From a virus, in the IMG/VR virus record IMGVR_UViG_3300044782_000021, positions 1 through 64,000 of that record: DNA of 64,000 nt; one strand, given 5' to 3'. A program made the translations under genes and the position numbers. This document shows positions 31,114-39,252 of the stretch, piece after piece. How positions within the stretch are numbered: position 1 is the first letter of the stretch; every line of letters starts with the position of its first letter. Below the pieces are notes generated by a model. It did not search any database. It saw nothing but the letters and a program-made list of their open reading frames with translations, and was not told where the DNA came from.

Positions 31114-31271
31114 CCACCAGAACGCGCCTCCGCATCCTCGACGCCGCCATGCTGGTCGTGCTGGCCAGCCTCATCGCCATGGCCGCCGGCTGGTTCTGGG
31201 CCGTCATACCGCTGTTCGCCGCGTTCCTCGTCGGTATGGGCGTCGTTACCGGGTGGGGCGGACGGCGGTGA
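31110..31271 (+). CDS. small membrane protein (2 TM)
   Basis: 53 aa from GTG 31110 (GTGA overlap) in frame of ORF 30855..31271. Confidence 0.45.
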   Translation: MTTRTRLRILDAAMLVVLASLIAMAAGWFWAVIPLFAAFLVGMGVVTGWGGRR

Positions 31272-32962
31272 CCACGGCGGTGCTCCAGGCCGCCCACGAA
31301 GACGAAGAGCCGGCGCCGCAGTCCATCGCCGACCCGTACGATGAGCGCGCCAACTCCGAGACCTTCGACCTCACCGGCTGGCTGGCCGGCATCAATCCGG
31401 TCCTCCTGGAGACCACCGAAGGTCGCAAAGCCCTCACCATCGATGACCCGCTGCTGTTCGCATGCCTGTACCTGCGCAAACACCTCGTGTCCGAGGAGAC
31501 CGGCGGGATCACCCTCGCCGATTGTCACCTGGATTGGTTCCGGCTGGCCCGGGAGTGGACGATCCCGGACACGGGGCTCCGTGGGTGGCGACACAGCTTC
31601 GCCAGTCCAAGATCATCAGGGAAAAGCACTGCTTGGTACACGTTGATACCGATTTGGGCGGCTGCGCACGGCCACATCAAATTCATCGCCACCTTCGCCA
31701 ATGGCTCATCGCAGTCGGAGATGCACCTTCAGACGTTCCGCACTGAGGCGGCGCACAATCCGTTGCTGCGTGAGGATTTCCTGGATCTGTGCACCGCGAT
31801 TCGCAAGCCCACCGGGCGGACCGTGGCGGATAACGAGGGGATGTACCAATCGAAGGGCGGCTTTGTCTGGGTCGCGCGCGGCATTGATGTGGCCAGCCTG
31901 GGCATGAAAGTGGGTGACAGGCGGCCGGACGCGATCGTCCTCGATGACATCGAGAAAGATGAATCCCGCTACTCGCCGGGCGAGGTGGAGAAGCGTCGAA
32001 AGACGCTGATCGATGCCATCATGCCGTTGAACGAGCGGGCGAAGCTGGTGCTCGTTGGCACGGTGACGCGGCCCGGGTCGATAAACCACCAGCTAGTCAA
32101 AGTCGCTGTCGGCGAAGTAGATCCGGACAGCGAGGAGGGCCGGGACCTGGTCTGGATCAAGGATGAGCGCATCGTCCCGCATTACTACCCCCCGATTGTG
32201 GAGCGCCCGGACGGTAGCCGGCGGTCGATCTGGCCGGAGAAGTGGAGCCTCGAATACCTCGAAAGCATCGAACACACCAAGAATTACCAGAAAAACTTCA
32301 AAAACAACCCAAGGGCTGACTCTGGCGACTATTGGTCTGAAGATGACATTAGGTATTCGGAACTACCGAACGTCACGAAGACGTACCTCTTTGTTGATCC
32401 ACCGCTGACGGTGAAGACGAAGAGCGACCCGTGCGGCCTGGCGGTGCTCGGGTACGCGCCGGGGACCGGCGTGCGGGCGCCGCAGATGCGGGGGACTGGC
32501 GGCGGCACGCGGGAGGCGCTGTCTCTCGCCGAGTCGGAGAGCACGTTGCCGGCGCGGCTGTCGCGGGTGATCGTGAAAGACGCGTATGAGGTCAAGCTGA
32601 CCGGCACGCCGCTGAAGATGAAGATCCTTCAGATTCTCCAGGATTATCCGGAGATCTGCGCTGTTGTGCTCGAAAACAACGCAGGTGGGGATCTATGGGT
32701 TGAAATCATGACAGGCCTGCCGGTCAAATTTGTGACGTTTCCCTCAACTGAGCCGAAAGAGGTTCGGTTGGCGCGGGCGCTCGACTTCTACCAGAAAAGG
32801 CGCGTTGTGCACCGAAAGCGGATGCCGAAGCTGGAAGACCAGCAAACCGCCTATCCGCGTGTAGAGCATGACGATGTGGTCGATGCGGCATCAACCGGGA
32901 CAGTGCGGCTGCTGGCGCCGAAGCCGACCCCTAAGAAAAACCGGACTGTTACGCCGAGGTAG
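31253..32962 (+). CDS. terL: terminase large subunit
   Basis: 569 aa (alternative GTG 31268 with GTGA overlap); Walker A SPRSSGKST; Walker B AIVLDDIE; C-terminal nuclease-like region with acidic residues (HDDVVDA). Confidence 0.9.
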   Translation: MGRTAVTTAVLQAAHEDEEPAPQSIADPYDERANSETFDLTGWLAGINPVLLETTEGRKALTIDDPLLFACLYLRKHLVSEETGGITLADCHLDWFRLAREWTIPDTGLRGWRHSFASPRSSGKSTAWYTLIPIWAAAHGHIKFIATFANGSSQSEMHLQTFRTEAAHNPLLREDFLDLCTAIRKPTGRTVADNEGMYQSKGGFVWVARGIDVASLGMKVGDRRPDAIVLDDIEKDESRYSPGEVEKRRKTLIDAIMPLNERAKLVLVGTVTRPGSINHQLVKVAVGEVDPDSEEGRDLVWIKDERIVPHYYPPIVERPDGSRRSIWPEKWSLEYLESIEHTKNYQKNFKNNPRADSGDYWSEDDIRYSELPNVTKTYLFVDPPLTVKTKSDPCGLAVLGYAPGTGVRAPQMRGTGGGTREALSLAESESTLPARLSRVIVKDAYEVKLTGTPLKMKILQILQDYPEICAVVLENNAGGDLWVEIMTGLPVKFVTFPSTEPKEVRLARALDFYQKRRVVHRKRMPKLEDQQTAYPRVEHDDVVDAASTGTVRLLAPKPTPKKNRTVTPR

Positions 32963-33014
32963 GGTGATCGGGTTGCGACCATTCCCTCAGCGATTTCCAA
33001 GGTAGCGCCGTCAC

Positions 33015-33069
33015 AACAGCATGAAGCCCCTCAGCCGCTCCATATTCGGCTGAGGGGCTTCATGCTGTT
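33015..33069 (+). terminator. perfect 23-bp stem-loop between terminase and portal genes
   Basis: AACAGCATGAAGCCCCTCAGCCG 33015-37; 9-nt loop; exact complement at 33047-69; no U tract. Confidence 0.5.
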
Positions 33070-33124
33070 CGGCCTCGATTACCAATGGTACGGTTTGCCC
33101 AGCTCGTTACGGTGATGACGGAGT

Positions 33125-35116
33125 GTGACAATGGTTTCGCAAAGCACCCCCGGGCAACTCGCCAAGATCATCAAGGGCGGCCTGCCGGACCTCGTCATGT
33201 CCCGAAGCGCCGACGAGCGATCCATCGACCATATTCAGCGCGGCCTAACACAGCTCAAGAAGCAGCGCGAAGTCTGCGACCGCGCTGACGCGATGTACGA
33301 CGGCGATGTTGGCCTCACGTTCGCCTCTTTCAAGGTGCGCAGACTCCTCGCCAAACAAGGTGGCCTCGAAGAAATAGATGACTTCAATTACGCCCGGATT
33401 CCGGTCGACGTCATCGCCAACCGCCTCCAGATCGCAGCCGTCAAAGTCGCCCCGGCCGAAGAGAACGCCGACGACCAGACGACCAAGGAAAACGCGGCGG
33501 TCACGGCGGCCGAGAAGGCGATAGCCCGCCTCCGCAAGCGCAATGAACTCGACGCCGAAGAGAAGCGGTTGCACACCGACGTCTCCAAGCACGGCGAAGC
33601 GTTCGTCCTTGTCTGGCCCGTCACCGACGACGGCGGCAAAGTCATCGACGTCGATATGCGTGTCAACTCCGCGCACAACGTCGCGATGGTGTACGACGAA
33701 GAGGACTCTCTTCGCCCCGACTTCGTGATCAAATCGTGGACCGTCGATGTCAAGCGGAAGACCGTCGTCCGGGCCAACCTCTACTACTTCGGCGAGAAGG
33801 ATGGCCGCGTCGAGCGGTGGATGACCGAGCCCGGCGGCAACCCGGACGACGAGAAGGCCTGGCTCCGCGTCGCGAAGATCGCCGACGTCAGCGACGTCGA
33901 ATCCGAGGACATGGTCGACGTCGCCGAAGACGAGTTCACCGAGGAGGACGACGACGGTGAATCTCTCCTGGACGTCAACGACATTCCGAATCCGTGGGGC
34001 CAGGTGTGGTTTCACTTCCGCAACGGGCGTCCGTGCGGCCGGCCTGAACACGCGTCGGCGTACGGCCCGCAGACCCTCATTAATAAGTTGATCTATGCGC
34101 ATGCCGGCACGATCGACTACCAGTCGTTTCCGCAGCGGTATTTGCTGCAAGATCCGGCGATCGACGATCCGATGGTCAACTCGGAGGACCCGGACCACCC
34201 GGACGACGAAGAGGACGATCCGGAGACCGAGACCGGCAGCGCCGGACTCAAGGCGGACCCGGCGACCGTCTGGAAGCTTTGGGGCCGGTCGGTGGGCGAG
34301 TTCGCCGCTGCGGACCCGCAGATGTTTCTTGCACCGCTCGACCGCTACATCAAGAGCATGGCGGAGCTGACCGACATCCCTCAGTACGCGTTCAGTAAGG
34401 CGTCCGGCGACCTGCCGTCAGGTTCGGCGGTGCGCCAGTTGAACGGCGCCATGAACGCCAAGGTCAAAGACCGCCAGGACCGGTACGACCCGCAGTGGCA
34501 GGACGGATACGAGAAGGCCCTGACCATGCTCGGCATCTCGGGCGTGACCGTCGATGTCCGGTGGGAGCCGCCGGAGCTGATCAACGACCTTGACGGGTGG
34601 CAGATGCTGAAGGCCAAGCAGGATGCCGGAGTGCCGGGCTCGGTCACCCTGGAGGAGGCCGGCTACGCGCCGGAGCTGGTCGAAGAGTGGGGCCAGGACC
34701 TCGCCAACGCCAGCATCATCCAGCGGGTCGAGATGCTGGAGAAGATCGCGACCGCCGCGCAGGCGCTCGGCGCGGCCGTGGTCACCGGCTCCATTGCGGA
34801 TACGACGAGTCAGGCGCTGTTCGAGCGGCTGCTTCGCCTCACCGTGGAAGGCACCGAGGACATCGAGGACGCGGACAGCGTCGACCCGTTGCCGGTCGCC
34901 GAGTTCCGCGACCCACCCCCGGTCAATCCGGCCATGGCGCAAGCTGAGGCGGCCGGGGCGAATCCGCTCACGCAGGCGCAGATCGAGGCCACCAAGGCGT
35001 CTGCGGAGACCTCGCGGGCGTCGGCGAGGATGCTGAATGCCGGCGGCGGTTCCCCGGCGGACGGGCGGCAGCCGCCGCGCAAGACGGCCGGGCGCCGGCC
35101 GGCTGGGCGGCCGTGA
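33125..35116 (+). CDS. portal protein
   Basis: 663 aa (alternative ATG 33131 with GGAG RBS); position after TerL, size, acidic C-terminal region and SPP1-type portal-like N-terminal pattern. Confidence 0.85.
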   Translation: MTMVSQSTPGQLAKIIKGGLPDLVMSRSADERSIDHIQRGLTQLKKQREVCDRADAMYDGDVGLTFASFKVRRLLAKQGGLEEIDDFNYARIPVDVIANRLQIAAVKVAPAEENADDQTTKENAAVTAAEKAIARLRKRNELDAEEKRLHTDVSKHGEAFVLVWPVTDDGGKVIDVDMRVNSAHNVAMVYDEEDSLRPDFVIKSWTVDVKRKTVVRANLYYFGEKDGRVERWMTEPGGNPDDEKAWLRVAKIADVSDVESEDMVDVAEDEFTEEDDDGESLLDVNDIPNPWGQVWFHFRNGRPCGRPEHASAYGPQTLINKLIYAHAGTIDYQSFPQRYLLQDPAIDDPMVNSEDPDHPDDEEDDPETETGSAGLKADPATVWKLWGRSVGEFAAADPQMFLAPLDRYIKSMAELTDIPQYAFSKASGDLPSGSAVRQLNGAMNAKVKDRQDRYDPQWQDGYEKALTMLGISGVTVDVRWEPPELINDLDGWQMLKAKQDAGVPGSVTLEEAGYAPELVEEWGQDLANASIIQRVEMLEKIATAAQALGAAVVTGSIADTTSQALFERLLRLTVEGTEDIEDADSVDPLPVAEFRDPPPVNPAMAQAEAAGANPLTQAQIEATKASAETSRASARMLNAGGGSPADGRQPPRKTAGRRPAGRP

Positions 35117-36714
35117 TGGCCAGGTCGCGGCGGATCTTCCGGGAGGCTCAGCATCCGCGCGACGACCGGGGGCGCTTCGCACGCAAGGGTGGCGGCAAGT
35201 GGGTGGCCCGCGTTGTCCGGACCGCTGACGCTGGCTTCCTCGACACCGGACAGGCGCGGTCAGGGCTGCGTCAGGGCGGGCCGTCCGGACTGATCAATCT
35301 CGGACAGGTCCGGGAGGAGAACAAGCCGTGGGTGAAGCGTGCCGCCGACCGGATCGGCGAGCAGCGCGGCACCCTGAAGACCGCGCGTGACGTCTCGATG
35401 AGCAAAGATCAAATCCTGGTGGACGGAGTTTGGCGGACCGTCACCATGACCGGCTGGGGTGGCGGCAAGGATAAGCTTGGCTATCGCGATGACGATGACG
35501 TGTCGCGCGAGATCAGACTTGAGGCTGACGAGAAGATCGCCACCCGCCCGACAAAGATCGACTTCAGTGATCCGCTTCGTCCTGGTCAGGCCGCACGGAT
35601 GGCCGCCTGGCGGGCGAATGCCGCCGTACCGCCGCCGTTCCGCATGAGCACGGTCGAACTACCGTCGCCACGCGAGCTACGAGTTGCGGCGCTCGCCGTC
35701 GAGCGCGAGATGGCCGTTGCCACGTTGAAAGCCGCCCAGAGGTTCGCCAAAGCGCGGGCACGCCGCAAGTACCCGAACAGCGAGGGGTATGGCGCGTACA
35801 CCCGAGACTCCTACGTCGAAAACGAGACGCACCGGGAACAATGGGCTGTCAATTCGGTCGACAACCAGTTCCGATACCTCGCCGACAACGACAGCGACAC
35901 AGGAGACTGGAACGTGCGGCCCACCGGCATGGTCGCGGAGCTGATAGCGCCGCTCGATCCCGCGCGCCCCCTCGCGGTGTACGGCGACCTGATGAACATC
36001 GAGGGCGATGACCAGGCCACCTTCCGCCACCTCCGTGACCTTGAGCTGTTGCCCGCCGAGGCGCACGCCATCGTGGCCGCCGGCATGGCCCGGACGCGGG
36101 CCGAGAAAGGCAGTCCGTCCACGGGGGTCTGGCTGGGTTCCCGGTCGATCGCGGAACTGGACCACTCCGACGACCTGGCCAAAGAGCGCCCGCGAGGCTG
36201 GGACGAAGACAAGACGTGGAGCAATGTCGACGGGGTGTATCGGGGCACCACGCAGACGATGATCGCTGGAACCTCCGAAGTGTCCGCGAGCCGGGGCGAG
36301 CATGGTCAAGCAGCGTTGCATGAGTTCGGTCATGCGATCGACGACGAGATCGGTCAACGTCGGGCGTTGGCCGGGAAGCGCGGGGAGAGCGAGTCTCACG
36401 CCGGCCCTGAGTCGTTCTCCCGCGAGTGGGGCGACCTGTGGTCGCGTGTGGTCGCGGCGGCGCCTGATATGAGTCCGTACTTCAAGCAGGGCTTTCCGGC
36501 AGGCCAGCAAGAGTTGTGGGCCGAGGCGTTCGGCGAATGGTCGCGTGCTCGGGCCAGGGCTCGCAAGCGGGGCGAGCACCCTGACCTGATCTCGGTCGTT
36601 GGGCAGAACGCGTTCACACGGGAGTTCCGGATTCCGAAGGAAAACCGGGCACTGGCCATAGAGATGGACACCTATTTTCTTGGTGTCATGGAGCGATTCG
36701 GGGTGAAGCTGTGA
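35113..36714 (+). CDS. putative capsid-cargo protein with lethal-factor-like HExxH zinc metalloprotease domain
   Basis: 533 aa; N-terminal SRRIFREAQHPRDDRGRFARKGG leader; HEFGHAIDD at 36319-36345 and WAEAFGEW ~60 aa downstream mirror the anthrax LF motifs HEFGHAVDD ... EFFAEAF. Confidence 0.7.
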   Translation: MMARSRRIFREAQHPRDDRGRFARKGGGKWVARVVRTADAGFLDTGQARSGLRQGGPSGLINLGQVREENKPWVKRAADRIGEQRGTLKTARDVSMSKDQILVDGVWRTVTMTGWGGGKDKLGYRDDDDVSREIRLEADEKIATRPTKIDFSDPLRPGQAARMAAWRANAAVPPPFRMSTVELPSPRELRVAALAVEREMAVATLKAAQRFAKARARRKYPNSEGYGAYTRDSYVENETHREQWAVNSVDNQFRYLADNDSDTGDWNVRPTGMVAELIAPLDPARPLAVYGDLMNIEGDDQATFRHLRDLELLPAEAHAIVAAGMARTRAEKGSPSTGVWLGSRSIAELDHSDDLAKERPRGWDEDKTWSNVDGVYRGTTQTMIAGTSEVSASRGEHGQAALHEFGHAIDDEIGQRRALAGKRGESESHAGPESFSREWGDLWSRVVAAAPDMSPYFKQGFPAGQQELWAEAFGEWSRARARARKRGEHPDLISVVGQNAFTREFRIPKENRALAIEMDTYFLGVMERFGVKL

Positions 36715-36944
36715 GCGCGGTCGAGCCGTACCGGCGGGGCCGGATCATCGTCGCGCCCAAGCGGGCCGAGAACGACGAGGGCGACGTTGGGGTTGGCTGG
36801 GTTGACCTGAACCCGGGCGATCCGGAGTACGCCGAATGGGACCGGTATCTCAGCGCCTCGCCACCGATCGACGAGGTTCCGCAGGCGTCACCGCGCAGTG
36901 CCAGCCACCGCGCCGGCCGGCGCATTTTCAGGCGGCTGCCGTGA
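36711..36944 (+). CDS. hypothetical small protein ending in ...GRRIFRRLP
   Basis: 77 aa from GTG 36711 (GTGA overlap). Confidence 0.4.
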   Translation: MSAVEPYRRGRIIVAPKRAENDEGDVGVGWVDLNPGDPEYAEWDRYLSASPPIDEVPQASPRSASHRAGRRIFRRLP

Positions 36945-37774
36945 GTCGCGTCTGGGACGAGTCGAAGGTCGACCGGGACAAGTGGGGTCGGTTCGCCGAC
37001 AGCGAGAGCCGCATGGGCGTCGAGACGTGGATGCAGCGCGTCAGCGACGAGATGCGCCGCACCATCGATCGCGAGGACGCCGGCCACCAGGCGGGCCGGT
37101 GGCGCGTCCTGACCCCGGAACAGCAGCGGGTCACCTTGGCAAAGCAGATGTTTGACGGCGCGCTCGACGTGCAGCCTGACTTTGACAAGGCCGAGCTGCG
37201 CCGGCTGTGCCTGGAGGAAGCCGACAATCAGGTGTCGCCCGGTCAGCGCAACGACATCACGCTGACCAATGGCAAGGCCACGATCCGATCCAGCGATCCT
37301 CGGGTCAGGCTCGCCGAGCTGGAGGCGGTCGCCGCGCAGGTCGACGACCTGCACACCCGATTCCCCGCGCAGGGGCGGATGTCGATCGGGGTCTATACCG
37401 ACGATTTTCCGATGAGCCACGAGCACGCCGACGGGCAGACGATCCACGGCGAGGCGTTCATCCAGATCAAAGGCCGGGTCTGGGAGTCGGAGAAGACGGC
37501 TGCGGACGGGTTCATGCCCGCCCAGGACGATCACAGCCGCTGGGAATATGTGCTTGCGCACGAGTGGGGCCACGCGATCGACCACACGAGCCCGATGGAT
37601 CAGCTCATGGCGCAGTTCTCCGAGGGTTCCGTTGGGCTGTCGGCGTACGGGCAGGCGAGCCCGCGTGAGGCGTACGCGGAGGCTTTCGCGGAGTGGTACC
37701 TGACGAAGGGCCACACCACCAACAGCGCGGCGGTCTACTACGCCGAGAAGTTCGATTGGGGTGAGCCCTGGTGA
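36941..37774 (+). CDS. putative capsid-cargo protein with lethal-factor-like HExxH zinc metalloprotease domain
   Basis: 277 aa from GTG 36941 (GTGA overlap) in frame of ORF 36836..37774; N-terminal WDESKVDRDKWGRF leader; HEWGHAIDH 37559-37585 and YAEAFAEWY. Confidence 0.7.
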   Translation: MSRVWDESKVDRDKWGRFADSESRMGVETWMQRVSDEMRRTIDREDAGHQAGRWRVLTPEQQRVTLAKQMFDGALDVQPDFDKAELRRLCLEEADNQVSPGQRNDITLTNGKATIRSSDPRVRLAELEAVAAQVDDLHTRFPAQGRMSIGVYTDDFPMSHEHADGQTIHGEAFIQIKGRVWESEKTAADGFMPAQDDHSRWEYVLAHEWGHAIDHTSPMDQLMAQFSEGSVGLSAYGQASPREAYAEAFAEWYLTKGHTTNSAAVYYAEKFDWGEPW

Positions 37775-37962
37775 GCATCATCATCGCGGAGACGCCGGAC
37801 GGCGCGCGGGAGACCGACATGGTCGACCTGGGCGACGCGGCGCTGTCCGGATTCGTGCGGATGGGCAACGCCGACGCGATCCGGGAGTTCTGGCGGCGCA
37901 AGCTCGCACCACGGCGCCGTGCCAGCCGCCGCATCTTTGACACCTCACGTGACAAGCGGTAG
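37771..37962 (+). CDS. hypothetical small protein ending in ...SRRIFDTSRDKR
   Basis: 63 aa; GTGA overlap; stop inside promoter 37937. Confidence 0.4.
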   Translation: MSIIIAETPDGARETDMVDLGDAALSGFVRMGNADAIREFWRRKLAPRRRASRRIFDTSRDKR

Positions 37963-37965
37963 CGT
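37937..37965 (+). promoter_or_regulatory. sigma-A-type promoter, conserved family, leaderless configuration, inside the structural module
   Basis: -35 TTGACA 37937-37942; spacer CCTCACGTGACAAGCGG; -10 TAGCGT 37960-37965; ATG 37973 is 8 nt downstream. Confidence 0.6.
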
Positions 37966-37972
37966 GGTGACC

Positions 37973-38428
37973 ATGACCTCACGCCGTGCCCGCGTCGCCG
38001 TCCGTCCGCCCTGCGCACCCACCGGCCTACCGGCGCCCGCGCCGAGCACCGACGCCGGCCGGTGCGCGTGCGGTGACCTCCTGCGCCACAAGCCCAATGG
38101 GGCCGGAGAATGGACGACCGTCTCCGTGGTCACTGGACTGGCACATGTCGATCAGGCGCCGCAGGCCCTGCGCGACGATCCCGCGAAATGGTGGGCCGAC
38201 CTCGCCGAGCATGACATCCGGTCGTATTCCGTCCTGAAAGCGGCTGTCGACCTCGGGTACTGGTCGTGGTATCACATCCATCGCACGGAGGCCGGTACCG
38301 CGCCGGCTCACACCGGTACGACGCCGTTCTGCTGCGGCTCGCCGATGTGGGCCGCACCGGACGGCTGGGTGTGCCGGGTCGCCGGCTACACCACGATCCG
38401 GCGACCGTACGCGGAGGTAGGCGCATGA
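37973..38428 (+). CDS. hypothetical Cys-containing protein (leaderless)
   Basis: 151 aa from ATG 37973 in frame of ORF 37919..38428. Confidence 0.55.
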   Translation: MTSRRARVAVRPPCAPTGLPAPAPSTDAGRCACGDLLRHKPNGAGEWTTVSVVTGLAHVDQAPQALRDDPAKWWADLAEHDIRSYSVLKAAVDLGYWSWYHIHRTEAGTAPAHTGTTPFCCGSPMWAAPDGWVCRVAGYTTIRRPYAEVGA

Positions 38429-39252
38429 GCGGGTTTTGGCACGAAGAGGATCATCACCGGGACGATATGGGCCGGTTCACGGAGTCATCTATGGGGGCGT
38501 GGGCGGCGAAGATCGCTCAGCGGATGGCTGATTTCCGCAACAGCGCCCGCAACGACGCCGAACGGATAGGACTGGCGTTCTACAAGGGATTCCGGCCGCC
38601 AGGGTTTGAGGCTGCCAAGAAGCGGCATAAGGAGCTTGATCAGGCATATGTTGACCGGAAACTAACTGATCAAGAGCTGCTCGAACTGAAGACGCTCGAT
38701 GATGCGTTTGACGAATTGGTCAAGCTCATTGGTCACAAGAACTCTCTTAGGTTCGACGCCTATGGAGAGACCCGACCGCATGACATCGAGCCCGCCGCGT
38801 CCCGAATGGGTTACCGGCGAGTTGGCAACCACCCGGAAGGCGTGGGAGGTCCAGAAGGACCCGACGACAACTACTTAAGTCGTAGCTCCCATCCGCTGGC
38901 CGGCGGCCTGTGGATCGATCCGGACCGGCCGGGCACCCGCCATGCTCCGGCGTATCGCAACGATGCCGGACACATTGTGTCGGACCTTCGGGCGGAACCA
39001 CATCGGACCGCTACGCATAAGCGGAATCGTCAGTCGCGGCGTCGTGAGGACTGGACGCATACCCCCGATGACATGGAGCGGCTGCACGAAAGCGAGGGCG
39101 GCAAGATCGGCTATCGCGAAGAGGTCACTTCGGAGTTTCTCGCCTGGGTGAAACGAGCTAAGGCCCGCACTCGCGCCGAGGCACCGCCGCAAACGTGGAT
39201 CTTGCAGGTCAACGATAGATTCGAGCAACGAAGGGATCGGCGCCGTGGCTAA
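38425..39252 (+). CDS. putative capsid-cargo protein (HRDD..GRF leader)
   Basis: 275 aa from ATG 38425 (ATGA overlap) in frame of ORF 38266..39252; N-terminal FWHEEDHHRDDMGRF. Confidence 0.6.
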   Translation: MSGFWHEEDHHRDDMGRFTESSMGAWAAKIAQRMADFRNSARNDAERIGLAFYKGFRPPGFEAAKKRHKELDQAYVDRKLTDQELLELKTLDDAFDELVKLIGHKNSLRFDAYGETRPHDIEPAASRMGYRRVGNHPEGVGGPEGPDDNYLSRSSHPLAGGLWIDPDRPGTRHAPAYRNDAGHIVSDLRAEPHRTATHKRNRQSRRREDWTHTPDDMERLHESEGGKIGYREEVTSEFLAWVKRAKARTRAEAPPQTWILQVNDRFEQRRDRRRG

